Positions 62,505 to 64,000 of a DNA stretch of 64,000 bases are shown piece by piece. Source of the DNA: Antedon mediterranea (lineage: Eukaryota; Animalia; Echinodermata); NCBI RefSeq assembly GCF_964355755.1, contig NC_092676.1, positions 11,943,888 through 12,007,887 of the forward strand, written 5' to 3'. Both the position numbers and the translations under genes were made by a program. Under the pieces are notes generated by a model, which saw nothing but the letters and a program-made list of their open reading frames with translations, made no database searches and was not told the origin of the DNA. How positions within the stretch are numbered: the first letter of the stretch is position 1; the number at the start of each line of letters is the position of its first letter.

Positions 62505-63722
62505 ATTATTTTTCATTGATTGATAATTCATTTCATATAAATAGACTATTATCAGCTCCTCGGTCATCTACTGGTTTGTGGCGTAACGGGTAATACTCAG
62601 GTCTGAGTGCTCTCATTAGTGGGTTTGAACCTCTAGGGATATTTCTTTTTTCTTTTTTTTTTAATTGAAAATAAAATTTTTTTTTTAAATGAGATATTTT
62701 GAGGGTTGTAAATGTCAGGCCTAAAGAAGTGGACCTTTTTTAAAATCGGAAACAAAGTTGCATGGCATTATTTTTCATTGATTGATCATTAATTTCATAT
62801 TATCAGCACTTCAGTCATCTACTGGTTTGTGGCGTTACGGGTAATACCCAGGCTTGAGTGCTCTCAGTAGCAGGTTCCAACCTCTATGGATATTGTTTTT
62901 TTTTCTTATTGAAAATAAATATTTTTTTTGAAAATGAGATATTTTGAGGGTTGTAAATGTCAGGCCTAAACAAATGGATCTTTTTTAAAATCAGAAACAA
63001 AGTTGCATGGCATTATTTTTCATTGATTGATCATTCATTTCATATAAATAGACTATTATCAGCTCTTCAGTCATCTGCTGGTTTGTGGCGTAACGGGTAA
63101 TGCTCAGGTTTGAGTGCTCGGAGTAGTGGGTCGAACCTCTAGGGATATTTTTTTTATTTTTTTTTTAAATTGAAAATAAATATGGTTTTTAAAAGTGAGA
63201 TATTTTGAGGGTTGTAAATGTCAGGCCTAAACAAGTGAAAATTTTTTTCAATCAGAAACAAAGTTGCATGGCATTATTTTTCATTGATTGATCATTCATT
63301 TCATAGAAATAGACTATTATCAGCTCTTCAGTCATCTATTGGTTTGTGGCGTAACGGGTAATGCTCAGGTTTGAGTGCTCTCAGCAGTGGGTTCGAACCT
63401 ATACGTGTATTTTTTTCTTTTTTTTTTATTGAAAATAAATATTGTTTTTGAAAGTGAGATATTTTGAGGGTTGCAACTGTCAAGCCTAAACAAGTGAACC
63501 TTTTTTAAAATCAGAAACAAAGTTGCATGGCATTATTTTTCATTGATTGATCATCTATTTCATATAAATAGAGTATTATCAGCTCTTCAGTCATTTACTG
63601 GTTTGCGGCGTAACGGGTAATGCTCAAGTTTGTGTGCTCTCAGCATTGGGTTCGAACCTCTACGGATATTTTTATTTTTTTATTATTATTTTGTTTAATT
63701 GAAAATAAATATTGATTTTGAA
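62505..63722 (+). repeat. ~245-260-bp tandem array (~5 units), each with tRNA-derived A and B boxes
   Basis: Units start near 62506, 62767, 63012, 63272 and 63532. Each has TGGCGTAACGG..GGTTCGAACC (or close variants) followed by long T-runs. Confidence 0.9.
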
Positions 63723-64000
63723 ATCAAATACATGTAAAAAGACTGCCATAAAGCCTCCTAAAGAAGACAATGTGCTCCTTCATATTCAGTACTCGTGGGT
63801 GAACTTCTTTTCCACCTGGAGTTCTTTTCGAGAGCTGATGGGTTCCCGCCCGGAAAATGTTTTATTTACATGATTTGAACAATATTCTAATGTAAATATT
63901 AACAGCATCAAAATTTAACAGTGTGGCGTGTTGACCGCGAATGATTAACATATTATCTTCCCCATAATACACGTGCACAAGCTCATTTGCATAACAACCA

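Overview
AT-rich eukaryotic DNA, most likely from an invertebrate animal (inferred from spliceosomal introns and the TE families present). It consists almost entirely of transposon remnants and satellites, with no intact host gene. 1-8.1 kb: a decayed minus-strand EnSpm/CMC-like element. Its spliced accessory gene has 5 phase-compatible exons and resembles DUF4806-type N-termini, and a transposase-like N-terminal remnant lies in its first intron. That intron also holds a (TA)n-anchored pile-up: a 1.9-kb palindromic Penelope-like (GIY-YIG) insertion with minimal hammerhead ribozymes, and three copies of a 364-bp cassette carrying a tRNA-like cloverleaf (anticodon ATC). 5-13 kb: two Mutator-like MITEs with 10-bp TSDs and a TTAA-flanked Kolobok-like element containing a Tc1/pogo-type MITE. 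13.8-59 kb: five abutting tandem-repeat families (~60, ~19, ~185, 77/87 and 25 bp) with higher-order repeats and inversions. These are interrupted by a P-element-like MITE inserted into a copy of itself (two 8-bp TSDs), L2/CR1 and hAT fragments, and a Helentron-type insert. 59-64 kb: an internally deleted DIRS retrotransposon with intact ICR/ITR end, a Helentron-like element, and a ~255-bp tandem array whose units carry Pol III A/B boxes. Family names come from recalled motifs; no database search was run. Nearly all ORFs in the supplied track are satellite artefacts.
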